Origin: a virus
Virus record (IMG/VR): IMGVR_UViG_3300050821_023931
Span: 11,619-75,618 of that record
Length of the DNA stretch: 64,000 bases
Direction: 5' to 3' (one strand)
Numbering within the stretch: position 1 is the first letter of the stretch; every line of letters starts with the position of its first letter. The notes under the pieces are model-generated. The model had not been told where the DNA came from. It did not search any database and saw nothing but the letters and a program-made list of their open reading frames with translations. The position numbers and the translations under genes are program-made. Below, in pieces: positions 30,460 through 41,423 of the stretch.

Positions 30460-31734
30460 TTAAAGTTCGAAACATACATATACTTCAGCATCATTATGAT
30501 AGAACCCAGACTTACCAACACTTTTGTAATCTGGTATGTTATTCCATTTTGAATGTCTTGTTGTTCTAACAGAAGCACCATTATATTCCAACGTAGGTCT
30601 ACCACTATTTGTAATACTGGTCATTTTAAAATCATAAATTCCTGTTGGTAGAGATTCTTTTGCACCTTCACTAAGTCCTTTTACAGGAAATATAACAACT
30701 TTAAATTTAGGAGCTTTTTTGTTTTTTTCGTAATAACTTAAAATCTCTCTTTCTATCTGATATATTGATTTGCTACCAGATATTTTTGTCCATTTAGTGT
30801 CAGCTTTTATGTTCTTAGACAGTTCTCTTGCTTCGTTAAGATAATCAGTATAAGATTTCTTTGCTTCTTTACCAAGAAGAATCAAAAAAGCATTTTTATA
30901 TTCTTGAATGAGTTCGTTGATAAGTTTTTTACTACGTTCACCATCATTATCACCAATTTTAGCAAATGACACAAGTAATTTTTTGATATTTGGTGTATCA
31001 CATATAGTTACAAATTTATCAAAATCAACTCCTGGATTTTCTGTACGATTAAAGTACAACAAGGCACCGAATTCTGTGTTAGTCATGTTGCCTTTATTGT
31101 ACATAACATCAAGAAGCTTCATATCTTCTATGAAAGAAGTACTAAGAATTCTGTTTTTAATAATTTCATTCTTTTGAGTTGGTTTTGTTTCAGTCTTCCA
31201 GCCATAATCTCTTATAGCACTTATCGCTGATAAATAACCATCAAAACCATCATAGAAATTAGTTATATTTAGATCAAATATTACTTTAAGGGCCAAAGCA
31301 AAACCTCTGTCATAATATTTACCGGTTCCATTATAAAACTTGAAGTGATTCAAATAAACCAAAAGTTTTAATATGTTTTGATCACTAATATCATCAGTGT
31401 GGTATATACGTACTTGTATAGGATGTTCTGGTGCAGTATAGAATAGTAATCTTCTGAAACCATCCAATAGTACATATTCACCATCTGTTTTCTCCAGAAG
31501 AAAGAAGTTTTGGTATTCGTATATTTCTAATGGAGGATTCTTTTCTAGCTTTTCTTCTCTGTTATGAGAATCGATCTCTCTGTTATATTCTTCCAGGTTG
31601 ATCCCTTTTTTAGTTAAATTACCTTTCAAATATGAACTAAGTTTTTTAGCTGATACTGTATTAATTGTATAATCTACACCAAGAAAATTATCATGTAACT
31701 TGGCCGTCGTTTCTATTTTGAATGTGTTTTTCAT
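30460..31734 (-). CDS. ParB/Srx/DUF262-like N-terminal domain protein
   Basis: EYVLLDGFRRL motif. Confidence 0.55.
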   Translation of the reverse strand: MKNTFKIETTAKLHDNFLGVDYTINTVSAKKLSSYLKGNLTKKGINLEEYNREIDSHNREEKLEKNPPLEIYEYQNFFLLEKTDGEYVLLDGFRRLLFYTAPEHPIQVRIYHTDDISDQNILKLLVYLNHFKFYNGTGKYYDRGFALALKVIFDLNITNFYDGFDGYLSAISAIRDYGWKTETKPTQKNEIIKNRILSTSFIEDMKLLDVMYNKGNMTNTEFGALLYFNRTENPGVDFDKFVTICDTPNIKKLLVSFAKIGDNDGERSKKLINELIQEYKNAFLILLGKEAKKSYTDYLNEARELSKNIKADTKWTKISGSKSIYQIEREILSYYEKNKKAPKFKVVIFPVKGLSEGAKESLPTGIYDFKMTSITNSGRPTLEYNGASVRTTRHSKWNNIPDYKSVGKSGFYHNDAEVYVCFEL

Positions 31735-31813
31735 AAGTTAAAACTTTATACGTTTTTTGAATATAAACGCAAATAAGTAAAAAAGGTTGTAAAAACCTAA
31801 AAATTCACAACTT

Positions 31814-32047
31814 TTATGTAAAATCAGTTTTACTTCTATAAATTGCAATAGCCTCTCGCATCTTCTCAGCACATTCTTCGATAGAATTACCTTTGACTAC
31901 CGGGAATCGATCATCTGACTTAGATGAAAAATGAGAGAAATATTTACAAGTCCAAACAGTATCAGAACCACCATCCGGCATAAAACATAAACCGAATGGT
32001 TCCCCATTGTAAGTATGTTTAGGTATTTTTGATAATATATCTGTCAT
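31814..32047 (-). CDS. Hypothetical protein
   Basis: 77-aa ORF, tightly packed operon. Confidence 0.6.
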   Translation of the reverse strand: MTDILSKIPKHTYNGEPFGLCFMPDGGSDTVWTCKYFSHFSSKSDDRFPVVKGNSIEECAEKMREAIAIYRSKTDFT

Positions 32048-32049
32048 AT

Positions 32050-32241
32050 TTACTTCTCATTTTTTATATAGCCGTTTGATATTCCTGAACAGAATGCTAC
32101 AACAGCTAATATAAACCAATACCTAAAATCATAAACAGATATTTTAAGTAGAAACAATAAACATAATTGTAAAGCAATCAATTCTAAGTTCCTCATACAA
32201 AATGAAAAAACTACTAGAAATATTTGAATTAAGTTATTCAT
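32050..32241 (-). CDS. Small membrane protein
   Basis: Two hydrophobic segments. Confidence 0.55.
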   Translation of the reverse strand: MNNLIQIFLVVFSFCMRNLELIALQLCLLFLLKISVYDFRYWFILAVVAFCSGISNGYIKNEK

Positions 32242-32245
32242 ATTT

Positions 32246-32833
32246 TTATTCTTTTGATGGTATTATGTTAGAAAACAAAGCCTCAGTCTCAATTATACCA
32301 ACAGTAGCATCAAAACTTGTTTCGCTATGTTGTTCTATTCTAAGATAATTTTGCTCATTTTTATCCATATAATCAAAACAAACCATTTCTAAAGAACTTT
32401 CTATATTCGTTGTTTCTACATCTCTAACAAAACAAGGCTTTTCATTTTGTAGAAGGAATTCTATACCATTATAAGTAATCTTATTTGGTGCTGTTTGATT
32501 TTCAACAATAGAATCCGCTAGTGTTTCATCAATAGCACCCATATTTACTCTTTCTGTTACAATAATACGAAGACCATTCATATCATCCATATAAATATAC
32601 TTATTAATTGTACCATCGGTAATCTTAAATTCAAATGAGAATACATTATTACTCCAGTCAAACTCTATTTCTTGAATGACTTCCCAGGCTTTTCCGATAT
32701 AATCTATAAACCAGCCAGGATGAATATCTGTGATTTTTAGGTTTAATGGATCGTAATTCAATTCAGATTCATCATTTTTGTATGATGTAAAACCAAAAAG
32801 GTTTTTTAAAAAGTTAAAGATTCTTTTGATCAT
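32246..32833 (-). CDS. DUF4178-like protein
   Basis: YDPLNLKITDIHPGWFIDY...WEV...FDW...EFKI...PNKITYNG...FDY...YLRIEQ; TACCTTTG promoter upstream. Confidence 0.65.
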   Translation of the reverse strand: MIKRIFNFLKNLFGFTSYKNDESELNYDPLNLKITDIHPGWFIDYIGKAWEVIQEIEFDWSNNVFSFEFKITDGTINKYIYMDDMNGLRIIVTERVNMGAIDETLADSIVENQTAPNKITYNGIEFLLQNEKPCFVRDVETTNIESSLEMVCFDYMDKNEQNYLRIEQHSETSFDATVGIIETEALFSNIIPSKE

Positions 32834-32974
32834 GTTTGATATGTTTTTATTTTATAAACAAAGGTAAAAAGAATTATATGAAAATACTAAATAAAACAGA
32901 AATAATGTAGTTTTCGTCTTCTGTATAAGATAGCTGGCCGTATATATAATTCATAATTATAGAAAGAAACCTAA

Positions 32975-35900
32975 ATGTTACAGTTATTAAATCAGTCGTT
33001 ATCAGATTTACAATTTTTAAATGTTAACGAAACTGTTTATTTCTATTTTGATAATAGTGGTTATTATACAGGTGGTACACAAGGAACTTCTGGTACATCT
33101 GGTTCTGTCTTTGTAGATCCGTTAAATTTACTTGGTACAGAAAAATATGTATGGAATTTTGATGCTGCGGATTCAACACCAGATAAAGCTATACAAACTA
33201 CTATTGGACCAGATCCTGTAAACAGGGAGGTGAGTTTTCAAAATCCTGGACCAAGAACTGTAGAATTAAAAATATATGATGCTGGTACCAGTGGTGCTGT
33301 TATTTATGATGAGTCTATAAATTTTAGTGTATATCAATTTGCTTCTGAGATTATAGGTCCTGAGTTTGTGCAGGTGAATCAAACTGGAAATTTCCAAACT
33401 TTAGAAGGTCCTGGTGATGATGTGACCTATAATTGGTATAATAATGGTGTTTTAGAGAAATCGGCTAGTTTAGATACTGATTCAGAACCACATATGTATT
33501 CTATTGCTTTTACTGTTAATATGACAAGAGCTTCTATAAAACTTGTTATGAATCATGGTAATGGTACACAAATACTTCAATTTGTTTGTGTTGTATCCAG
33601 AGGTAATGCAACACAAGGTCAAAAATATGAATCCGATGTAACACCTAAACTTTTGTTCTTTAATAAAGAAGGTGATTGTTTAAATTTCAATTATAATGTT
33701 TATCAGGATGATCGTTCCCAATGGGAAGGAGATATGATATTTCATGTTAACGGTGATGATACATTTAAAACACAAGCTTTGTATATTTTTGAATCTGTAC
33801 CACCAGTAACAATAGATCAATCAAGTTTAATACTGGATAAATTTCAAGTCTTTAATCAATTTGGTATAGATTTTCAGCCTACAAATACAATAGCTAAAAC
33901 TGTTTATAATATTGATAAAATTGAAGCTGTTAATAATTCATCAGATTTTTATACAAAATGGGTATATGGAAACAATTTTCATATTATATTTCCTATTGGT
34001 TCCGAGGTTTATTTTGAAAATGTTAATTATTATAACATTACTAACAGTACGACCATTAATACACCTTTATCCGGTACAGCCATACCAGATTTTAATTCTT
34101 TTCCTGGATTCGGTATACAAACATTTACTGTGTTAGGTACTAAACAAGATGCTATTCTAATTCTTACGACTACCAATAATAATGTATACAATAGTAATTA
34201 TGCTTCAGCTACTAATTTCTATACCTATTCTACAACTACACAAATATATAAAACTGCTCAGGGAGCATTAGTCAACATACAACCTGGGACAATAGTAGGT
34301 TTAAATATTATTAAAGTCTTTAGTACTGATTTATATCTTACTACACCTACTGTAGATGACGAATTGAACCCAGAATGGAATGAAAATGGTTTCGAATATC
34401 TTTTATATGATCAAAAAAGTTTGACTATAGTAAATAGTCAATTTAATGATGGTGTTTATAATGTGAAATTTCTAAATTCTGATCTTACAAATAAACTTTT
34501 AACTAAATATTATAAAGTTGATTGTATTAATTTGTTGGATCTTATGCCTAATCCAAGAATGGGTTTTAGAATAGATATAACGTTTAGAACAACTAGAATT
34601 TTATTATCAACGAACCCAGTAGATTTTATACCAGCCAGTACACTACCTTTTTTACTTAGTAAAAATCTTATCATATATGAAGCTATACCAACAAAAGATT
34701 TTACTCCTGGATTATTGCAGACTGGTGTTAGTTTTAATTTTGAAGACAATGGAACTAATAATCCTAATTTTGTTGGAACTTATGATTGTATTAAAGTTGA
34801 TCAAATATTAAATATTGTAACACCAAATAATACAGATACTACAGGATGGAGTATTAGAATGTATAATACTGATAGTTACAGTGCTCTGGCCTCTCTTGTA
34901 AGATTTTCTAATTTTATTGATACTCAACCTCTAGTATATGATTTAGCAACAAGGAATTCATATATTGAGATGTTGACACTTCAAATAGTGATAAACAATA
35001 TATCCACTTATAATATACATTTTAAAACTATAGATTTTAACTTTGATAATGGTGATATGGATAGTTTATATGTATTTATTAAAAACTATATTAATACAAA
35101 TATAAAAGGTGTTGGTGCTTTTGTTGATAGAGATAATGTAAGAATACTTGAATTCCCAGGATATTCTATAACTACTTTAACTATGGGTTGGCAGTATGGT
35201 TTTACGATTAAACATAATGTCATACATTCAACATTACTTCCACAATATGGTCTTGCCGGAAATGCTGTTATAAGTCTTAACACAAGTGATTATAATGGAT
35301 TTGTTTATTATAGAACATCTACAAATACTGTTCATATATTTATCTGGGATGATGTAAATTCTGTCGCTGCATGGTATACTATGGGTGATACAAAAAAGGT
35401 GGTATGGGTTGAAACTACTGGATCTATAGAATATCAACAAAGCACTTTAGGTTCGGCGTATTTAGTTGATACAGTATTATCGTTTTATCAAACTGGTAAT
35501 CTATCCGATATTAATTTGGGTCGAGATATACAAGCATATCAATTTGTTAATGCTTATCAAAGTGTGTTTGCAAATTATGGTTTGGAATTATTTATAAATG
35601 GTAGTGACTTGTGTATAACAAGAATACAATTACTTAATTCTACTAGTACTACTGAAGATTATTCTATTATTGGGTTCTTTGCTTTAACGCAAGCATATTT
35701 CACCCCAGCACTTCCGGGTGAAATAACAGAGTCTTATCCTACAGGACTTACCTCAGGGACTGCTGGTATGGCCACTTATACACAATTAACACAAGAAGTA
35801 AGATTTCAAAGTGTTGAGATGTTTCAGGTTGCTACTCCAGTTATAGCAGAGAAAAACCATTTTATAGGTCTTTATGCTGCACTTAAAAGTATTTCAGCAA

Positions 35901-38839
35901 ACTATCAAAGAAAAATAGAGATATTTTCTATTGATAAAACATTCGGTTTGATTATAAAAATTAATGGAATTAATTATTCTGTTGCTTATGATGACATTTT
36001 TGATAACTCTTTAGTAGGTTATGATACAATTGACTCAACAATGGGTAATTCTTCTGAATCTTTTTTATTGAATGATCTAATTGATATTCAACGAATATTA
36101 ATGAATTTTGGTAATCAGGAATTTACAATAGGACAAGAGACCTCATCAAATGATAGTTCTGTTGGTCTAAAATATTATAGAGAACTTGAAAGTCTTGGTG
36201 TGATAATATACCTTGAACGTTCTTCTTTCTTGGATCCTTTATACTCTTCTTCTGGTGGAGGAGCATACGGTGAAAGACCTTATGATACACTCGTTATTGA
36301 ATCTAAATACCCAAATGTACCTGTAACGTTTAGTGTTACCGGTGCTCTCGATTATAGAATTAAAAATAAGGAAATAGAATTTATTGATATTGGTGCAACA
36401 ATGACAGTATCTATAAACTCTGTAAATTATACATTAAATAATATTCCTTCAACACAATCTATTCCTGATACTTTAGAATTATTTGTTACTACATATGCAG
36501 GACAATTATTTCAAATTGGTATTATAGTGGATCACTATTATTTAGAAAATTTCCCTTATGACAGATCGACTAGTCTTTTATTTTATACTCTTGCTGATAC
36601 TACAAGGATTAATATTACAGTATGGACAGGTAAAAATTCTATTCCTGGAAAAGAAACTTATATTATTAATGATTATGCACCTGGGAATGTAGGTATAATA
36701 CTTGCTGGTAATGAATTAGCAACAACAGACACTAATATTGACCTTGAAGCAGCTGGTCTTGCTACAGCAATGATAATCGCTGTTACTGGTGCTAAATTTC
36801 CATTAAATAATCAAGAATATAATATAATTTATCTTGCTTCAGACCGTGTTGGATTATCTTATCAGGGACCTTTCTGGCCAAGCTCAGATGATTTAGGTAC
36901 AACTCTTCCACAAAGGGTACCTGGATTTGATTGGGAATTATTATCTGAACCTGGTACATCACTTGTTTATGGCACTTCGGGAACATCTGGTTTGGTAGAG
37001 AATTTAATTATTAAAAGTAGACAATTTCTAAGATATCCAAGAGAAGGATATATGGGTGATACACCAAAGAAGATTCAAGCTCGTTGGCTTGATGATACGG
37101 ATACATCAATGTTCTTCTATGAATTTACAGGAAATCAATTAAACGTTACAGATCATGGTGCTTATACTTATGTAGGACCAACACCTTTATTTTCTGATTC
37201 GTATAATTTATATCTTAACAGTAATCCTAATAAAGATCTTACAAAAGTAGCTGATCCAAGATATCAACAAACAGTATTTGAAGATCTTACCTATAATATA
37301 GAATTCCTAGATTCAGAAACTGATATTAATCCTCAACCAACACCTTTACAAATATTTATAGGTTATAGAGGAGATCTTGAAGGTGTAAATACAAGGACTT
37401 TAATTATTGAAAGAGTTGAAGATATCAATATAACAATTAATACTGAACCACAGGATCCGACTCGTACATTCTTGCCTTGGGTTAATATTATGACTTTCGA
37501 TAGTACTACCAATGAACTTACACTGTCAAGTAACAGAGGTGTGTTAACAAATGCTAACAATAATACTTATAAACCTTATAGTTTTTTAGATGCTGGATTT
37601 TTAATTGGACATCTTGTTCAAATTAATGGTGTTGATAGTAATTCTGCTTATAATGCAATGTCATTTAAAAATAATGGTTTTATTGGTGAGATTGCCATTG
37701 TTGGTATAAACAAAATCACATTTAAAAATACTACTACACTAGTAGATGAGGTTAGTTATTCAATAATTAAAAATCCTCTTCCACCTTTTAATCAAATTCC
37801 TGCCGGTTTAAGTGTTACAATAGCTGTAGTTCCTCAACAGATTGCTCAAATTAATATAAATGGTCAAACAGAAATAGAAGATGACCGTTTTCTGGCCATG
37901 TTCAATATTCTTGGTGGTAAAATTCTTCATAGAGATGTTTTTATATTCAAAGATTATGATATTCAAGAAGCCGGAATTGACTGGATATTCTTGAATGAAA
38001 AAAGAAAAGAAATGCTTTTAATAAGAAATGATATTTACAATTATATCGGTTCTTATAAAGCCGTTATTCATGCTATCAATTATTTTGGTTATAATGATGT
38101 AAGTTTCAATGAGTATTATTTGAATATCGATAAAACCTCTAACAATTTTGGTAAATTAGTAAAAGTTGAAATTCCTAATATATTTGATAACAGTACTCCT
38201 GGGTGGAATGCTAATGATTACATAACAAAAACATTACCTAATCCAAGATTCCAAAAGACTGGTTTATTCAATTTAACCTATAGATTAACGGACACCAATG
38301 GTAATAATGTACTAAATTATACTTTAGATGAAGTTACTATTAAACTACTCGGTTTAAAATCTTGGTTACAAGATCAAACAATACCACCAGGTAAAAGAAT
38401 TAAAGATATAACTGGTGTTGGTGAAGATAACCAAACCACTTATTTAGTACATGATGTTAGAAAAATTATGAAGGTTAAAACAAGACAAACTTTATCACCT
38501 GTAGTTGTGTCCAGAGTAGAAGTTTATCTTCAACCTATTGTAAATGTTGGTGAGACATATAATGTTCATATAGTATTTGGTACGGAAGATACAACTACTA
38601 TGCCTGACTATTATCATTTGAAAATTAGTACTTTTGCTGCGGATCCAGACATTAAGACCACTGGATATAGACTGGCTCCAGTACAAACAAAAAATGAATA
38701 TAGAACAGATCTTACAGGGTACAATTTTACTGTTGACCGCTATACGGATCCTTTCATACTGATAGAAATATTTTCAGACAATAACTACGGTGCTACATTC
38801 AAATTCCGTAAAACTTATGATATTTCTAATAGTTTATAA
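32975..38839 (+). CDS. Very large virion protein (1954 aa), probable baseplate/tail component with N-terminal PKD/Ig-like domains
   Basis: YVWNFD...FQNPGPRTVELKI (PKD-like); C-terminal IYNYIGSYKAVIHAINYFGY resembles baseplate-wedge motifs; TATATATAA upstream. Confidence 0.65.
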   Translation: MLQLLNQSLSDLQFLNVNETVYFYFDNSGYYTGGTQGTSGTSGSVFVDPLNLLGTEKYVWNFDAADSTPDKAIQTTIGPDPVNREVSFQNPGPRTVELKIYDAGTSGAVIYDESINFSVYQFASEIIGPEFVQVNQTGNFQTLEGPGDDVTYNWYNNGVLEKSASLDTDSEPHMYSIAFTVNMTRASIKLVMNHGNGTQILQFVCVVSRGNATQGQKYESDVTPKLLFFNKEGDCLNFNYNVYQDDRSQWEGDMIFHVNGDDTFKTQALYIFESVPPVTIDQSSLILDKFQVFNQFGIDFQPTNTIAKTVYNIDKIEAVNNSSDFYTKWVYGNNFHIIFPIGSEVYFENVNYYNITNSTTINTPLSGTAIPDFNSFPGFGIQTFTVLGTKQDAILILTTTNNNVYNSNYASATNFYTYSTTTQIYKTAQGALVNIQPGTIVGLNIIKVFSTDLYLTTPTVDDELNPEWNENGFEYLLYDQKSLTIVNSQFNDGVYNVKFLNSDLTNKLLTKYYKVDCINLLDLMPNPRMGFRIDITFRTTRILLSTNPVDFIPASTLPFLLSKNLIIYEAIPTKDFTPGLLQTGVSFNFEDNGTNNPNFVGTYDCIKVDQILNIVTPNNTDTTGWSIRMYNTDSYSALASLVRFSNFIDTQPLVYDLATRNSYIEMLTLQIVINNISTYNIHFKTIDFNFDNGDMDSLYVFIKNYINTNIKGVGAFVDRDNVRILEFPGYSITTLTMGWQYGFTIKHNVIHSTLLPQYGLAGNAVISLNTSDYNGFVYYRTSTNTVHIFIWDDVNSVAAWYTMGDTKKVVWVETTGSIEYQQSTLGSAYLVDTVLSFYQTGNLSDINLGRDIQAYQFVNAYQSVFANYGLELFINGSDLCITRIQLLNSTSTTEDYSIIGFFALTQAYFTPALPGEITESYPTGLTSGTAGMATYTQLTQEVRFQSVEMFQVATPVIAEKNHFIGLYAALKSISANYQRKIEIFSIDKTFGLIIKINGINYSVAYDDIFDNSLVGYDTIDSTMGNSSESFLLNDLIDIQRILMNFGNQEFTIGQETSSNDSSVGLKYYRELESLGVIIYLERSSFLDPLYSSSGGGAYGERPYDTLVIESKYPNVPVTFSVTGALDYRIKNKEIEFIDIGATMTVSINSVNYTLNNIPSTQSIPDTLELFVTTYAGQLFQIGIIVDHYYLENFPYDRSTSLLFYTLADTTRINITVWTGKNSIPGKETYIINDYAPGNVGIILAGNELATTDTNIDLEAAGLATAMIIAVTGAKFPLNNQEYNIIYLASDRVGLSYQGPFWPSSDDLGTTLPQRVPGFDWELLSEPGTSLVYGTSGTSGLVENLIIKSRQFLRYPREGYMGDTPKKIQARWLDDTDTSMFFYEFTGNQLNVTDHGAYTYVGPTPLFSDSYNLYLNSNPNKDLTKVADPRYQQTVFEDLTYNIEFLDSETDINPQPTPLQIFIGYRGDLEGVNTRTLIIERVEDINITINTEPQDPTRTFLPWVNIMTFDSTTNELTLSSNRGVLTNANNNTYKPYSFLDAGFLIGHLVQINGVDSNSAYNAMSFKNNGFIGEIAIVGINKITFKNTTTLVDEVSYSIIKNPLPPFNQIPAGLSVTIAVVPQQIAQININGQTEIEDDRFLAMFNILGGKILHRDVFIFKDYDIQEAGIDWIFLNEKRKEMLLIRNDIYNYIGSYKAVIHAINYFGYNDVSFNEYYLNIDKTSNNFGKLVKVEIPNIFDNSTPGWNANDYITKTLPNPRFQKTGLFNLTYRLTDTNGNNVLNYTLDEVTIKLLGLKSWLQDQTIPPGKRIKDITGVGEDNQTTYLVHDVRKIMKVKTRQTLSPVVVSRVEVYLQPIVNVGETYNVHIVFGTEDTTTMPDYYHLKISTFAADPDIKTTGYRLAPVQTKNEYRTDLTGYNFTVDRYTDPFILIEIFSDNNYGATFKFRKTYDISNSL

Positions 38840-38847
38840 ATATTGAA

Positions 38848-40383
38848 TTATTTCATGTGAGAACAAATTTCGTTTAACCAACCGTTCCTATATGCAGCAT
38901 CATAAGTTCTTCTACATTTCTCACAAAACTCTTTTTTCTTAGTATATTTTGAAGCTTCTTCTCGACAAATTTCTATTGTATAATATCCAGAAGGTTTTTG
39001 AGGACTAGTCATATATTCACATATTTCATCTAACCAATTATTTTTGCACGCTATAGTATAAGCACTACCAGAATTTTTTTGAAATTCACCTCTAGTTTTA
39101 TATTTTAAAGCTTCTTTAGCACATGTGTCAAAGTTCCATTTTCTTCTGCTTTCATTAGATCTAGCATCTTTCATATGTAAACAAACAGTATCAAAAATTT
39201 TTAGATTTTTAAGTTTAACATAAGCAGTAAGATATTTTTTATGAAATTCAGTCTTATTTTCACAGGATTTAGCAGCATTTATACAACGTTCTTCTGTCCA
39301 GTAATGACGAAGTCTAATTTGTTCCATATGTTGAGTTATATCATACCATTTATTTTTTAAAGCTTTAGAATAGGCTGAAGGACTATTAATTTTGAGATCA
39401 TCTTTATTAATATATTTGAGAGCTTCTTTTTTACATCTCTCATAAGTCCAATAACCGTTAGGTTTTTTAATTTCAATCATATGAGAACAAATTTCATCTA
39501 ACCATTTATTTTTTGATGCTGGATTATAAGCTAAAGAATTATTTTGAAATTCACCTCTAGTTTTATATTTTAAAGCTTCTTGAGCACATTTTTCTTTTGT
39601 CCATTTTATGTTATTGCTACCTAACGCACCACCTTTCGCTTTATTTAATACCTTCCAGCCATTACTTCTATACTCAGATATATAAAAGTTCTCGAATTTA
39701 CCAACTTCATCAGCAGGATATAAACCAATATTTTTAACATTATATTCTTTACAATGGTTTTCGTAGTGTTTAAATACTTGACTATTATCCTTATCTTTAG
39801 TAAAATGTTCTTTTATTCTTCTATCAATACTACTTGATATACCTACATAAGCATGGTTATCAGTAAACTCAACAATATAAACATATCTTCTGGTTTTATT
39901 TCCTTGTGGTATCATATGTGAACATATTTCTTCTAACCAACCACTTTTACATGCTGCAACATAAGCTGCTTTAGAATTTTTTCCGAATACATTCCTAATA
40001 TCATATTTCAAAGATTCGATTAAACATAATTCTTTAGTCCAATAATGATCAGGCTTCTTCCTGTTTTCCATATGCGAACATATTTTATCAATCCAACCAT
40101 GACTTAGTGCTGAATTATAAGCACTACCACATTTTCTTTGAAAATCTATTTTCTTTGTATATTTTGAGGCTTCTTCAGCACATTTTTCTTTAGTCCAATA
40201 TCCTACAGGTTTTACAATTTTTATCATATGAGAACAAATTTCATCATACCACCCATTTTTTATAGCAGAACAACGAGCACTACCACAATTTTTTATAAAT
40301 TCTACTTTTGTATTATACTTTAGAGCTTCTTCATGACATTTTTCTTTAGTCCAATATCCTGAAGGTTTTATATTCTTATTCAT
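38848..40383 (-). CDS. GIY-YIG endonuclease with eight ~52-aa repeats (3 N-terminal + 5 C-terminal); paralog of 11839..13386
   Basis: YVYIVEF...AYVGIS...RRIKEH...FE...LNKAKGG; same repeat; AAACTT-N13-CATATAA upstream. Confidence 0.8.
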   Translation of the reverse strand: MNKNIKPSGYWTKEKCHEEALKYNTKVEFIKNCGSARCSAIKNGWYDEICSHMIKIVKPVGYWTKEKCAEEASKYTKKIDFQRKCGSAYNSALSHGWIDKICSHMENRKKPDHYWTKELCLIESLKYDIRNVFGKNSKAAYVAACKSGWLEEICSHMIPQGNKTRRYVYIVEFTDNHAYVGISSSIDRRIKEHFTKDKDNSQVFKHYENHCKEYNVKNIGLYPADEVGKFENFYISEYRSNGWKVLNKAKGGALGSNNIKWTKEKCAQEALKYKTRGEFQNNSLAYNPASKNKWLDEICSHMIEIKKPNGYWTYERCKKEALKYINKDDLKINSPSAYSKALKNKWYDITQHMEQIRLRHYWTEERCINAAKSCENKTEFHKKYLTAYVKLKNLKIFDTVCLHMKDARSNESRRKWNFDTCAKEALKYKTRGEFQKNSGSAYTIACKNNWLDEICEYMTSPQKPSGYYTIEICREEASKYTKKKEFCEKCRRTYDAAYRNGWLNEICSHMK

Positions 40384-40425
40384 AAATATTATATGAGTTA
40401 TGAATATAAAGTTTTGATAAAAAGG

Positions 40426-40465
40426 TAATAAAAAAGAGAAGTTTTTAGGCTTCTCTTTTTTATTA
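40426..40465. terminator. Intrinsic terminator
   Basis: TAATAAAAAAGAGAAG...CTTCTCTTTTTTATTA. Confidence 0.8.
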
Positions 40466-40502
40466 AAAATATTTTTGTTTACTCAGCTTTCAGAATCTTT
40501 AA

Positions 40503-40697
40503 CTATTCTTCGTCGTTTGAATATTCTCTAACGTCAAGTAGTTTTAATATACCATCTTTTGTTCCATCATTAAGTTGCCAATTTTCATAAGCTGCCCGAT
40601 CTTCTGCTGTAAAAAGATTTACCCTAAGAACTAAATCAAATAATTCCGAATGATTTTCAAAACCATTCTGTCTTGCTGCTGCATCTAAGTCTTCCAT
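40503..40697 (-). CDS. Hypothetical protein
   Basis: 64-aa ORF in leftward operon. Confidence 0.6.
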   Translation of the reverse strand: MEDLDAAARQNGFENHSELFDLVLRVNLFTAEDRAAYENWQLNDGTKDGILKLLDVREYSNDEE

Positions 40698-40710
40698 TTG
40701 TATCTTAATT

Positions 40711-40986
40711 TTAGTTTTGTGAAATTAAATTTTTACAATATCTGGAAACATTGAATACTTTATCAAGTATGTCCTGGTCTTTTGGTAATTCAACCAGAAC
40801 TAAAGCTTCAGCCATTTCGGGAGCATTATTTTTTAGATAGGCTGCTCTATACTTATTGAAGTATTTCTCAACATCTACTTTTTCACCAATTTTCATAAGC
40901 GTGAAGGTATCCTTATCAAAAAAGCAGGCTGGTGTTTCAATGTTTTCTAAATAGATTTGATTTTTGTTATTTCTAACATGTAGCAT
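40711..40986 (-). CDS. Hypothetical protein
   Basis: 91-aa ORF in leftward operon. Confidence 0.65.
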   Translation of the reverse strand: MLHVRNNKNQIYLENIETPACFFDKDTFTLMKIGEKVDVEKYFNKYRAAYLKNNAPEMAEALVLVELPKDQDILDKVFNVSRYCKNLISQN

Positions 40987-40990
40987 AGAA

Positions 40991-41356
40991 TTAATTGGAT
41001 TTAGTTATTTGTTTTATTGTTTCCTGTGATACTTCATAATAGTAGTACAGAGTATCTGTATCATTATTCATAAAAAAGTTTTTTGTATATGTTCCATTTC
41101 TAATAGTATCACCAACTTGCACATTAAACTTAGTATGTTTTGTAGTTCTATGTGTTATAATTTCTTTTGTATCGATATCTTTAAGAAATATAATAGTGTA
41201 TTCAGAAGTGTAAATATAACTTGTAGGTTTGACTAATATTTTAGTAACAACCAAATTTCTACCATTAAAATTCCGAACTCTTATTTGTCCTTTTTTTGAA
41301 GCACATCCAACAACCACAATACCTATAATTAGTAATAATATCTTTATATGCTTCAT
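40991..41356 (-). CDS. Putative lipoprotein
   Basis: MKHIKILLLIIGIVVVGC lipobox-like signal. Confidence 0.65.
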   Translation of the reverse strand: MKHIKILLLIIGIVVVGCASKKGQIRVRNFNGRNLVVTKILVKPTSYIYTSEYTIIFLKDIDTKEIITHRTTKHTKFNVQVGDTIRNGTYTKNFFMNNDTDTLYYYYEVSQETIKQITKSN

Positions 41357-41423
41357 AATTCAAAAAACTTTTTGTAATTTTGTTATATCACAAATATAGA
41401 TATTATAATTAAAAAACAAAACT

